A DNA stretch of 64,000 nucleotides, from assembly GCA_024137785.1 (NCBI GenBank), contig JAHRHZ010000115.1:1246428-1310427 (forward strand), written 5' to 3'. How positions within the stretch are numbered: the stretch's first letter is position 1; every line of letters begins with the position of its first letter. The notes below the pieces were generated by a model, which was given only the letters and a program-made list of their open reading frames with translations, did not search any database and had not been told where the DNA came from. This DNA comes from Ginglymostoma cirratum (lineage: Eukaryota). Position numbers and translations under genes: made by a program. Shown piece after piece: positions 52,366-64,000 of the stretch.

Positions 52366-52985
52366 TCTGAATATAAAGCATATTTTACCAAAATCCATCA
52401 ATTTGCTTTCTTTGCAAACTCTGCTATTGATAATGTCCATTACGTTAACTCATTCTGAGCAGCAGCTGATGCACGTTATTGTTTATCCGTATACCTGGAA
52501 TACGCAGTTGAAAATAGCCTGCAACACATACACTAGCTGCTCTGTGAATCAAAGTTTCCTTCACTGAAGTTATTCATAACTCAGGCCAGAAGGACCAACT
52601 CAAATTAATTATATCGAAAAGTTATTACATCTTAAATTACTAGAAATGAAATGTCTGTCATCACACAGAGTATAGTTCTCTGAGCCGCCCACATCATCTG
52701 AACTTAGTTGGAAAAGCTTTGGCAACTTCCAAAACTAGAGGGCAATAGTGACGATGTGGAGGTGCCGGTGTTGGATTGGGTGGACAAAGTCATAAATTAC
52801 ATGACACCTGGTTGTCGTCCAACCGTTATTTTTGGAATCACACAAGCTTTTGGACAGCAGTCCCTTTTTCAGGTGCAGTAGGCCCACTGCCTGATCAATG
52901 TTGTAGGCGAAATTAAGCCTTGTTACACTTAGAATCAATTTGTTTCAATCCTGGTTGCGAGTAAGAGTAATGAAAGACTTGCAGT

Positions 52986-53546
52986 CATTTGTGAGCTCGC
53001 TGGTGTCTCACGAAATGGAATGACTGAGTATCCACTTTGGAAAAAGGGAGCTGGTGAAATGTCCCCTACAGTGTAAAAGTATTGGCTTGTCATAATTGCA
53101 TTTCTGCCTGTAAATCTGTGCTGTAGTCAGAACACTTGAAATGTCTTTTAATAGTTAACATTCTGGCAGGTTAGCTGATACTACCCTTCCTCTCACTCGG
53201 AGCAGTTGACTCCTCACTTCCCAATATAGATTCGCGGGTGTCTCATCAAGTGGCATGCCTGAGTGAATGCTTTTCCACACTCAGAGTACGTCAACAGTCT
53301 CTCACTTTTGTTATTTCTTCTTATGCTTCAGTAATTTGAACGAATTACCGACCCGTTTCTACAATCAGTTGAAGTCAATGGTCTCTCTCCGTGTATGTTG
53401 GTGTATCAGAAAGTTGGATGATCAAGTGAATCCCGTTGCAGAAATAGAATAGATAAATGTCTCTCCGCAGTGAGATTGTGTCAGTCGTTTGCCAGCAGGG
53501 ATCGCTTCCCAGATTCCTTCGATTTCCACACTGAGCTTGTGGTGTG

Positions 53547-53582
<36 letters not shown>

Positions 53583-53640
53583 AGAGAGAGAGCGAGATTG
53601 CCCCTCTGCAGGTTGGACGATCAGTGGATCTACTCACTCA
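52986..53640 (-). pseudogene. Decayed C2H2 zinc-finger gene (last exon), interrupted by a GT/GA microsatellite at 53542-53592
   Basis: Minus-strand SSNLQR, GFT*SSNFLIHQHT-GERP, SECGKAFTQACHLMRHPRIYIGK, RHFKCSDY, TQSFHFVRHQRAHK*. Confidence 0.8.
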
Positions 53641-55204
53641 CTGCTCTGAATAGGGTGTTAATTTTATCAGACTATGTAACTGGTTTATTTCGTTTCTCTT
53701 TGGCTTCATGACTCTTTGGCTCCTAAGTAAAAACTAATTTTCACACAGTTTTCTAACTCTCTTTGGATCATATGGGTTACTGATTTTTATACCAGTCTCC
53801 CATGTAGTACACTGTTTAAGGACTTACTGAAGTCCACGTGAATAATGTCAATGGCGCTGCCCCATGAAGTAATATTAAGTCAGCTTTTCAAAAAAAAATC
53901 TCAATTTAATTAAATTAGTCAAGCAACATCTCCCTCCTTATTCTGAATGTGGTATGCTTTTGGCCATCCACTTGTAACAACTGCGACAATTGGTACAGTC
54001 TCTTTAAACCATGCACACTTTCTTTCGTTAGCGAGCTTCAGCTCACATGAAACAATTGCTACCGATGTTCCAACTCAAGCCTAAGAAATGCTTTTCGTCA
54101 TAGAATCAATAAGTACCGTTTGCGCACGTTTTCAATTCAGTGTAGTTTTTGCGCGGTTAATGCACTCTGTTTAGGTCTCAAAGAAGTTGCTGCCAATATG
54201 TCAAATCTTATCACCTGTGTTAGTTTCTACCAATGACTTAAAAGATGCTCCAGCAGAATCACCCAGAGTTCACAGGAACATAAAATTGAATTCGTTTTCC
54301 CGTTTCAAATCATTCTCAAGCATCAAACATTTGAGGGAGTATAGGGAGCAAAATCTTTGCCAGATAGGGGATATCGTTCCTCTCTGGATATCTGTTACTC
54401 ATCAGACCCTTCTCACTCTCGTGGCATTTCTATATGTTTTAATTTTCGGGTGTCAAGAAGTTTTCAATGTACTTTAGCGTGGACTTTCATTTTAAGATTT
54501 GAAGAGAAAATTGAACAAAAGTCCAAAGAAACCAATATGATTCTTGCGGACAGATAGAATGCTTTTTTTTTTGACTCCCTTCCGCTAGCTTCCTCCCGAC
54601 CCAGTGTGATGCTTTAATCTCTGATATGAAAGCTTTCCTGATTTTTGCAGAGCTACTCTGTCTTTGTTGCTTTTAAAGTCAGGAAGTCACTTTAACAGTT
54701 GGCAGAAGAATAATAAATCCCTATTTCCTGAACAGGAATCAAAACGAGGCCATGTTGGTGACGATCAAATTCATCATTATGAAAGCAGGTGAGTTATTGA
54801 TTTCAAAGAGCACGCATAAACACAATTGACCAAATAGCTTCAATTTATTTTATACAAATATTGATAATTTATTCCCTCCCACTCTATTTGTTCCTCAGTG
54901 ATTTTGTTGCTCAGGCAGCAGGGTTGTCACAGGCTTCACAACATCCATCAGTTCCAGATGCAGCTGAGTGGATTTGTTTAACTTCTGTTCTCACACGGAG
55001 CAGCGAGTTCACTGAGAGCCGTATCGGCGGCGGATCCGCCTTCAACTTATGTTTAATGCTCTGACTCTGACATGCCTTCCCTTTCCTGTGATACTTGAGA
55101 GATCGCTGCACCCGTCACTGTTAGTCAATGAGTCGAACAGCTTTGAACAAGGATCTCGGACAGCTATTTTTGCAGACTGCAGAATTACGAACAAGGAATG
55201 CACC

Positions 55205-55720
55205 ACGACGAATCTTCTTGAAGCGCTTCTCGTCATTATCACTTCAGTAAGTGTTTATTTCTCAGTAACATTCCATTTCCCACAGACCCAAATGTTTACA
55301 ACCCAGGTGTTATTATTAGTAAAGCGATACTGGTAATGATCGTGACTTGTTTTTTTTTATTTTTTTTTATTAGAATGGAGTCAGCAAGGCACAGCGGAAC
55401 AGCCAGATCCTGAAATGACGGTTAAGGAGAGAGTCAATGTCACACTAGCTTGCAACTTGAAGACAAGTGATTCCAACATTTATGTTTACTGGTACAGTCA
55501 GCTTCCAGGGCAGCCTCCACAATACATGGTTAATACGATTGTAGCAAAAGTTGTGAACAGGAATCCTGATTTGTCTGACAGATGCTATTTCACATTTACT
55601 AAATCCACGAAGATTACTCAGACAGAAATCAAAAAGGCTATCTTCTCTGACTGCGCCATGTACTTTTGTGTGATGAAGGCCAAACTGATGCAGAGTAATG
55701 GCAGAGCCTCTACAAAAACT
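55205..55720 (+). pseudogene. TCR alpha-type V segment with open V exon but defective start and RSS (ORF/pseudogene)
   Basis: Exon 55374-55680 is open with both Cys and the Trp (VTLAC...VYWYSQLPGQPPQY...FSDCAMYFCVMK). The 46-nt leader 55205-55250 starts ACG instead of ATG. RSS CAAACTG (55681-55687), 24 nt, ACAAAAACT (55712-55720). Confidence 0.9.
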
Positions 55721-58199
55721 TAGCCTGACAGTGTCAGTTACAGCACACCAGAAGGCGCTTGCAATCTTGAAAGAACAAATCAGCAGTGAAGGATCAGTCG
55801 CACAGTAAAAGTGAGAAAATCAGTTCATATATTTCTTTTGTTTTTTTTCACGAAAAACTGGTTCAATATTTTCTCTTCTCATCGCTCCAGAGAATGATCT
55901 TTATCCACAGCCATGGAAATTTCATTTCACCAGCGAACTTTTAACAACGTGGCAATGCAAAATTTACTGTTCGGTCCGTTAATTCTGAAATAACGGCTTC
56001 CCATTAACAGGAGTGGCAGATTGAGTAGCAAAAATTAGTGAAATGCTTCACTCCACTGTCTGCAATTTTAAATAATTCATCTGAACAGGCATCACAAACA
56101 ACCAGCTTACAGATTTCTGCCTTAACATTCGCTCCTGGGCGGTGAATTAAATGTTTCTTCAACATTCGTGTGAAATGTTGAATGAATGGAAGTTTCACAT
56201 TTGAAAGCCACAATACTTTGTGTGAGATATTCATCGATAATCATTAAACACAATCAAATAGGTGAGAGGCAGTTGTAAAGTGGCTCCTCAGCGTAGAACA
56301 TGATTTGCAGAGACAAGTTGAATATTATTACACTATATCTTACAAATCAAGATGTTTTGCCACACACATTTACAAATATCATGACTAAACATACGTTTTG
56401 GAAAAAAAATGCAACTGTTGTCACATTATTCACTGCTGCAATTGGACAGCGCATCATATGATTCATTCAAATTGTTTTAATGAACGTCGAGAGCGTTGCG
56501 ATGGAATTAGATCTTTACTTGCACCTGCTGTAGTGAAGGGGAACATCTTCGGATTATCAGTAGGTTTATGAGTCCTGTGTCTTTTAAATTAAGTAATTGA
56601 AATCAGTGTGCTAGGCTCAGAATCGAACTTTTTGTCTAAATATTCGCCGGATGTGTGCTTTCAACTACCTTAAGGGTTTTGTCTTATATAGAAAACAAAA
56701 GTAATCAAAATTTAAGCAGAAGACATCCAAAGAGGTTCCTTCACTTCAAATCAATATGTCGACATTGCATGTTTCCTACTAAACAGAATACATGCGACAG
56801 CTTACTTTTGGAATTTACCAGATAACACCGCTGAAGTGTTGACGATTAAGTAAAACGTATCGAAAAATATAACGTTGGAAATCATAGAGTTCAGACTGGA
56901 TTCGTGTACAAGCTTATATTTCATGTCAAGGTGACTCTTCACCAGAGCTGGTAAGAGGCAAAAAGTAAACCCCGACATGTTTTCTCAGAGAGATTTAATG
57001 AGATACTGATTACACCCGAAGTAGGTATTCGGTAAGTGAAACAAAGATATAAGTGATATCATTGTTTCTGCTGGCAGTGTGTTCTGGACAGAGACACAAA
57101 GCAAGATACAATTCGGCAACTTCTTCCTTTTTCTATGATTTAACACGTCAGCAAAAGATGGCGAGAAATAAAGCGAAGTTGAAATCCGCAATGTCCTGCA
57201 GTTGAAATTGCTACTGAACTTGAAATTTCGAATTATTGTGCCTATTCTCCTCTATGTAAGGAGGAAATCATCAACATTGCCATTTCAGCGCATAGCGTAG
57301 ATTATTCATTCACAACGACAACTTGCTGCAACTGAAACGGATTTCCTTCGAGAAATTGGAGCTGTCAATGTCTGTGATTGGCATTCATATTACTGTTTGC
57401 AATGCGACGAGTTGCAGGAAGAGGTATAAAATGCATTCACTGCATGTTCAATAAGGCATTGTCTTGTAATTATAAATGAAAATGAGAATGAAGAGAAGAT
57501 CATGAGACTAACCTACCATATGGAAGAGCGCATTTTCTTACACTATTTCTGGAGATATTCTTGGCAAATGGTACTGGTAGCGCAGAGGGCTCCCATCGTC
57601 TTAATTCAATGATTGCTACCTGTATGGCCAAATCATACTTTTGAATTTTTCCATCAGGGCAGTTAAATATGCTCTGATTCGTTAATAAAAGTCCCAGTCC
57701 CAGTGCTCTTATTGCTCATAGGCAGCATCTCTGATCTGGATGCAGGGAGCTTGCACTCAAGTCTCACCTACTCTAAGGCTGTGTGACAAGGCCTCTGAAA
57801 AGGTTGTTTAGAAAATTCCTTCAAAAAATATAGCGCCCGATGAGCAGTATCAGTGAGCAGGGACGACTGTCGATCTGTTAATTTTTGCGGAGAAATTGTC
57901 GTATCGTCTCCTCTCCTACTGTTGGTGACAGTCGAGGATAGGGCATTGTCTCGTTTCAACTGAGTACTTAGACAGTGCGTCGTAGATTCGTAGCAACTTT
58001 GAAAGTTAGAACAATGTATTGTTCGGGCCATTTGTGTCTTGTATAAACACCTGAACTTTCTGAATATTATCAAACTAAGGACAGAATTAATGTCGCCAGC
58101 TGCCAATCAGTGAAGCCTGTCCCTGTTCTGGATTATTACTTGATGTCAGTTCATTCTGAATAAACATGTAAGATATTTTTGAGGTGTTGTGATTCAGAG

Positions 58200-58615
58200 A
58201 AGTTGTTGGCCAGGGTTTTAATTTTTATCTGTGCTGTGCCTCACAGCACAGGAATAGACCATCATACCTTCCACACCCCGAATGCTTATCCTGAGATAAC
58301 AGTACTTATTACAGTTGTCAGCTACTGCTCTGTCTGTCGACCTGAAACGTCCTTATCCTCTGATGTTACTGCTTCGGTAAAATTCTTTATTGGATGACGT
58401 ACCAGTTTCTGCAGATATCACTCCATGTAGCTGGAATCCAGGTTGCTCTTGTTGTAATCAAAATTCACAGATACGCTTCAGCCAAGACTGTGATCTCCAG
58501 AGATTGCGTTACTTGATCTGCAGATAGTCCAATTGTGTGTTCAGAAGTCTAAAGTATCACTTATTTGGCAATATCCTTCCAAGCATGTTTGCACAAGAGC
58601 AATTATGTGGAGTTT
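58200..58615 (-). pseudogene. TCR-type V pseudogene (paralog of 26230-26636)
   Basis: GLSADQVTQSLEITVLAE-VSVNFDYNKSNLDSSYME*YLQKL...KYCYLRISIRGVEGMMVYSCAVR; heptamer CACAGCA (58232-58238), degenerate nonamer; leader-like KLHIIALVQTCLE. Confidence 0.8.
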
Positions 58616-58666
58616 GTAGCCTTCAGAGCAACCGCTTATGTGAAAATTATTTCTCGGCAATTATAT

Positions 58667-58994
58667 TTGCGGGCAGCACGGTAGATCAGTGGTTAGCACT
58701 GCTGCCTCACAGTGCCAGGGACCCGGGTTCGATTCCAGCCTCGGGGGTCTGTCTGTGTGGAGTTTGCACATTCTCCCCGTGTCTGCGTGGGTTTCCTCCG
58801 GGCGCTCCAGTTTCCTCCCACAGTCCAAAGATGTGCAGGTTAGGTGGATTGGCCATGCTAAATTGACTGTAGTGTTCAGGGCGGTGTAGGTTAGGTGGGT
58901 TGTTGGGGGGGGGTGGGTCTGGGTGGGATGCTCCGAGGTTCGGTGTGGACTTGTTGGGCTGAAGAGCCTGTTTCCACACTGTAGGGATTCTGTG
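58667..58994 (+). mobile_element. Young, near full-length tRNA-derived HE1-like SINE
   Basis: A box GGTAGATCAGTGG, B box GGTTCGATTCC, body TGTGTGGAGTTTGCACATTCTCCCCGTGTCTGCGTGGGTTTCCTCCGGG, CR1-like tail; ATAT on both sides; absent from the paralogous site at 26677-26681. Confidence 0.92.
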
Positions 58995-61900
58995 ATATAA
59001 AACACAATATCAAACTTTGAAGAATTAATTTAATACATGTCCTTTATAAAAACAATCTATGACAGACTGTCTTAACGCAAAGACAAATATGATCAAAAAC
59101 CTTTCGGATTGCATCCCTGTTAGTACTTCAAAATAGAATGTGAACAAGTTGCAACGACGAAACTGAACCCCCACTCTGTTCAACTCATTCTTCACTGTGA
59201 TCAGCTCACCAAGACAGCGCACGGGCCATGCCCATAGTCACGCAAAATCCTGCAGGGACACAAGCTCATTGTGACTTTACCCACTGTAGGATCCCTCAAA
59301 CGCTGCATAGGGTAAGGTCAGCTGTGCCCTCACTTACTGCAGCGGTCCAGCCCAATTGAGAGTTCACTCACTGAAGTAAGGCAGCCACATTGTGAAGTCA
59401 GGCAGGTACGTATATCAGGGTTTTTGTGACCTCACGCAACTCAAGATGCCTCTTGGTTGTGGTGCTCCCATCAGATTAGACACTGGTGAGGCACTGTCAG
59501 CGGTTGTGTCCAGTTGAAAAAAGTTTACATGTATCAACGAATGTGTTCTAGATTTATTGATGGTCATAACAGGGCAGACACATGACAAGACTGCTTTACC
59601 AGGAATTTATTTTGGAGCTGAGGCGACTGTGAGTTTATTATTCTTGCTGTTTATGTCTGATTGTCATTACGTTACATTTCAAATCATTCACTTTCAGCTA
59701 ACACTCCCGAGAAGTGGGGACTGTGATTGCATCGTCGAATTATCACTGGGCTGTTAACGCAGAAACCTAGGTAATGGATTAAAATCCCACAACTCAATAA
59801 AAAACAAACTTGAATTAGGAGTACAATGAATACCATGAATCCATTTTCTGATTGTCATCTGATTCACTCATGTTATTTCGGGAATGAAGCTGTCATTCTT
59901 ACCTGATCTTGTCTACATGTGACACCAGACCCACAGCAGTATGAATGACTTTTAACAGCCTTCTGGGGAAATAGAGATGGGCAATAAGTATTGGTCTAGC
60001 TAGCGATGTTCTCGCCCTATGAATGTATAAAAAATAACAACAAAGGAGAATATATGTACGGTAGTTGCGGAAAGCACAATTAGGTCAGAAGGCCCGGGTT
60101 TAAATAAAGGTGTGAGTAATAGCTCTAGGAAGGGTGTTCAGAAAAAAATGAGACAGCTGTAACAGTGGGGTGGGTCGTTTCTGGACCAGTCAGCCAGGAA
60201 GTCTCACCTGGACCAACGATGATAAATCCTACATCTGAAGGTTGTTTCGAAAATATGTAGACCAGTTTTGCACCTGTCATGAATGACTTACAGCTAGAAA
60301 AGAAAATAAGGTCACCCATGTTTTGTTTTCTAACAAAGGTCGCAGTAAGGCTCTCTGTGTTCAAAGCTATGGCCTTTTGCTCGTCCGATTGCACCTGATG
60401 GAGTACAATCAAACTAACAATATTATATACAAGGATCATTGCAGTGAATGATTTCGTTTTAAAATTTATCCCAATGTAACCGTTAAAATATCTGAAACAC
60501 AGTGTCTGAAATAAGAGGTGAAAAGATTCCAGGCTAAATTGCGAAAGGAAACTGTCATCAGTTGAAAAGTAAATGAGCTACAGAAAATGCGGGAGTGAAA
60601 ACCGATGGACTATTTCCATTCCATAATTCTGGCTGCAATTAACAGCCATCGCACTCGTCTCTTTTGATACTGCATTTGGTCTGCCCACTGTTCTCATTTG
60701 CTGTGTGCAATCTGTTCTGAATTATTCCAGAGATAGACAGCTGCTGCTGGTCCATTCCTGTCATTGACTAGACAAGCAACAATGCGAAACAGGTATCTGG
60801 AATTCTGCTCTGACTGGACGTTTCCTGCTCTAAAGAATGATAGTCTCAAGAAGTATCAATCAGAACCACCTCTTAACCCTTGCTTATCATTAACTCACGA
60901 CCTCTAGGTATTTTTTACTTGTAAAAATCCATTGTCCACATGCCTAATATAAAGTCTGTAAGAATGATAAAGATGATTATAATGATCTCAATGAAACTAG
61001 TTCTAATTTTTGGTGTCACTATTACATTTGGTTGCTGGAGCTTGGGAAACAGTTTAACATCCAATTGTTGGTATGACTATGAACGTTGAAATTGATGACA
61101 CGATAAACTAAACCTAAAACACGAATATTCACATTAGTTCTGATATCGTCCGCATCGATGCAGTTTGGATAGAGTGAATGAGATAAATAATTTCGGATTT
61201 GCGAAAAGGTTTTCCTTCCAAGTTTAATAGCACCGCAAAAAAATTACCAAATTTAACAATCGGTACTACCCTGAACTCTGGCACTGATATCATGAAAAAC
61301 ACCGAGTGCCACAAAGATCCTGACCAAAACTCCACAACGAGATTTCCATGTATTGCCTGGCAGACAGGGCGATGCTGCCATAAATCAGGTGAAATAGCTC
61401 AAAACCCATGGTTTAAGATAAAGAGACGTAGTTTCACCTTGAATGTAACGTTAATATCCTATGGTCACTGGTATCCATGGGTGTTTTCATTACAGGTGAC
61501 TGTTTGGTGAGATAGGGTTGCAAATTGTCATATCTACTGAAGTCTCTGTCCGGTTGACTCCACAACAAACTTTTCTAAGGAACTATACTGAAAAAAAACT
61601 ATGTGCTTCTTATCTAGATTATCTTTGGCTGTCTGACGCAGTAATAGTGTGGGTTAAATTATCACGTGATTACCTCGAATTTCACAAATGTGAAAAGCAT
61701 TTGTTACTTTATGCTGCACCTACTTCCTGTGGAGAGGTGGGGGCAGATGCTACGCAACACCCACATTTCTCTTTTTTCCTTTATAATTCAATTTCTCTAC
61801 CGAATTGTGTTCTACATCTTTGTTTGTTCTCATTAGATCATTCCATCTATTGTGCTTACGGTATAACTAAATGACATAGCTATCCACCACCAATTCTTAT

Positions 61901-63185
61901 GTTCCTGACCTTCCGAAATTTGTTGTATCCTTCTACATTCGGGAACCATTCCATTTTCAAAAAAAAGATGTTTCTATAACAGTTTTAGATTGTGCATATT
62001 CATTTTTGTTTGCATATATAGTTTACCTGTTCCATTGTGCATATACTGGGCATTCGAATCCAGAGCACTAAACACTTTATAGTTTCTGTTTATCCTCAAC
62101 TCTTATCTCTTGACCTTTTTTTGTTACATTTGTATTCTCTCCATCCTAATGTCAAGGCCAGGTTGTTATTTTCTCATTTAAAACGATTTTTTCAACTCTT
62201 TCTTTCGCTGCGTTTTCTAAAATTTCATTAATTTTCCTACAATATTTAATTTCAAATCTCCTCTACTTTCCTATTTATGTCATTCGCATTTGCAAAAGTC
62301 CCAGCACCATTCAGAAGAATGAAAATCACACATTCCCCAGTTTTCATCATGGCCATTGACAGTTCCCATACCAATCTTTCAGCAAAGTACACATCTCTCC
62401 AACTTGATTTTTTTTGTGTGTTCCATGCGGTTCAGGAATGAACCAAAGATTCGATATAACAGTTGACATTCTGCTTCATAATTTTCTTCCTGGTAGCTTC
62501 GATAGATTGTGCAGAACCTTTTTTCTTTTACCCACCTGTGCCATTCGTACATATGTGGCCCACAAAGATGGGATCCTCTCCATCTCTATGCTCTCGATTC
62601 AACGTCAAGTTCCTCTCCCGTAGAAGATGTATCAAAATATGGCACCAGACTGTCAGCATGTAAGGTTCTGAGGGGGATCGAACAGGCAGATATTGAGCAG
62701 GCTGTCTATCCTTTTTGAGGAATCTAGAACCGGCTGGGGGTTATCAATGACGAGGGAGTCTCCTTCAATAGGGATTTGTTGACTTTACTTTATTTTAGAA
62801 TCATCATTATTTGGAATTCTTTTTCCCTGATAACCGATCCTTCCAGTTAATAATGTCTACTTAAATGGAGAACAAGACTGAATGTCTGAAAATGTGAGAT
62901 AGAGCAAGATGGTGATGAAGACTCACAAATGCACAGTATATGCACAATGGAACAGGTAAACAACCAGGGAATGGATTGCAGATAGCCAACTGTCTTAATT
63001 ATTTAACTATAAGTGAGTGGTCCACAGTTAACATCAGATCTGCGAAACCAGCCAATTGTGACTGGGGGAAATGCCACTGAGTTTCCCTGTAATTAAAGCC
63101 TGCCTCTGACAGCTCAGTCACTGGTATAAGATGATAAGATCCAACGCATTAAACCATGCGTTGTTTATTGTCAATCTAAGTATTC

Positions 63186-63222
63186 ATGTGTGCTTTCCTC
63201 ATAACCGTGATCATGCTGTCCC
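63186..63222 (+). pseudogene. Orphan V leader exon (V exon deleted)
   Basis: ATG TGT GCT TTC CTC ATA ACC GTG ATC ATG CTG TCC C|GTGAGT; paralog of the leader at 31046-31082. Confidence 0.75.
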
Positions 63223-63665
63223 GTGAGTGCGATATGAAACCACAATTATGTGTTTCATTGCTTTTTTACACACATTTATTTCATACAATGTCATCAGAGT
63301 TGTGATCTTAACGGGAAAGGGATTCAGAAATTATGCAGGAGGGTGGATGCATCAGAACTCACAAAGAGTCCCGTTAAATGTCCGAGCAGGTTTCTCGGGC
63401 CAGATAGCCTTCTGAACCTTTCATTCTATGCCTCTGGTTCTAGTTTTCTTACCTCAGTAACTTCATAACAAGAGGTGTTATGAGCTGATTGGGTGTTGTG
63501 TCTTGTCCCGGTCAGAAACGAACCAATTAGCAGTGCTTTAGGATATGAACTGAACATCTTCCCAAAATGAGCTGAAACAATTTAGCTTCAAGCCACTGTC
63601 AGCGCTCAGTTAAGACTATTCAACTTTAGATCCCTCTTTTAAGACCCACAATTCGTTTTGTAAAC

Positions 63666-63717
63666 ATGATGGATCTTCCCATCTACTCATTTCTGAGTGC
63701 TGAAATTCTCTCAACTG
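63666..63717 (+). pseudogene. Orphan V leader exon (V exon deleted)
   Basis: MMDLPIYSFLSAEILST(G) followed by GCAAGT; paralog of the leader at 32227-32278. Confidence 0.8.
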
Positions 63718-64000
63718 GCAAGTTTGCGATTCGCAAAATGCTCACTTGTATAAAGTATGGGTAGGGCAAAGTTCCCTTTCCATGTGTTGCTCTGAATTAA
63801 AATATGTGAACATAATTTGATAGCATTGATTATAATTATTCTTTTAATAACATTTTCTTTCCATCCATCCGACAAAGCTGTTGCACAAAGAAACAACTAC
63901 AGATCACTACGGGACACATTCTAAATTGGCAACAGCACTAATAGCCTTAAGTGGTACATCTAGATTTTAAAAAAAGACAATCCTTCAATCTTTCTGATAT

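Larger units (their letters stand above)
57515..63920 (+). repeat. Segmental duplication, copy 2 (paralog of 25665-33090)
   Basis: Colinear with copy 1, with an extra SINE and several deletions; may continue past the window edge. Confidence 0.92.

Noticed and set aside
54140-54430. Minus-strand GCAAAAACT nonamer-like word suggesting another V
   Set aside because: No heptamer at the right distance and no convincing V translation.
58537-59005. ORFs containing VCLCGVCTFSPCLRGFPPG
   Set aside because: Translations of a SINE.
1-64000. NAR-TCR or IgH-like (TAILV) cassette with D/J segments
   Set aside because: No 12-RSS-flanked D or J and no clearly leaderless supporting V were recognised by eye; a profile search is needed to exclude this fully.

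Overview
Eukaryotic, AT-rich, repeat-dense genomic DNA, almost certainly from a cartilaginous fish (shark/ray-type HE1-like tRNA SINEs, CR1 LINEs, Penelope-like elements). The window is a T-cell-receptor alpha/delta-type V-segment array. About 12 well-supported V segments (leader exon, phase-1 intron, V exon, 3' RSS) lie in both orientations, with several fainter relics, and every one carries a defect (stop, frameshift, lost ATG or broken RSS). No D, J or C segment was recognised. Two apparently intact two-exon GPR139/GPR142-like class A GPCR genes (1945-4302 +, 21379-23922 -) sit among the V relics, along with a decayed C2H2 zinc-finger gene, a tRNA-Glu pseudogene and a possible single-exon VJ-type IgSF relic. 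A ~7 kb segmental duplication (about 25.7-33.1 kb vs 57.5-63.9 kb) has lost two V exons from its second copy, leaving orphan leaders. Four related V segments share an apparent 24-nt RSS spacer. Penelope-associated hairpins carry degenerate hammerhead-ribozyme-like cores. There is a 400-N assembly gap at 47575-47974. All family assignments were made by eye from motifs; no database search was run.
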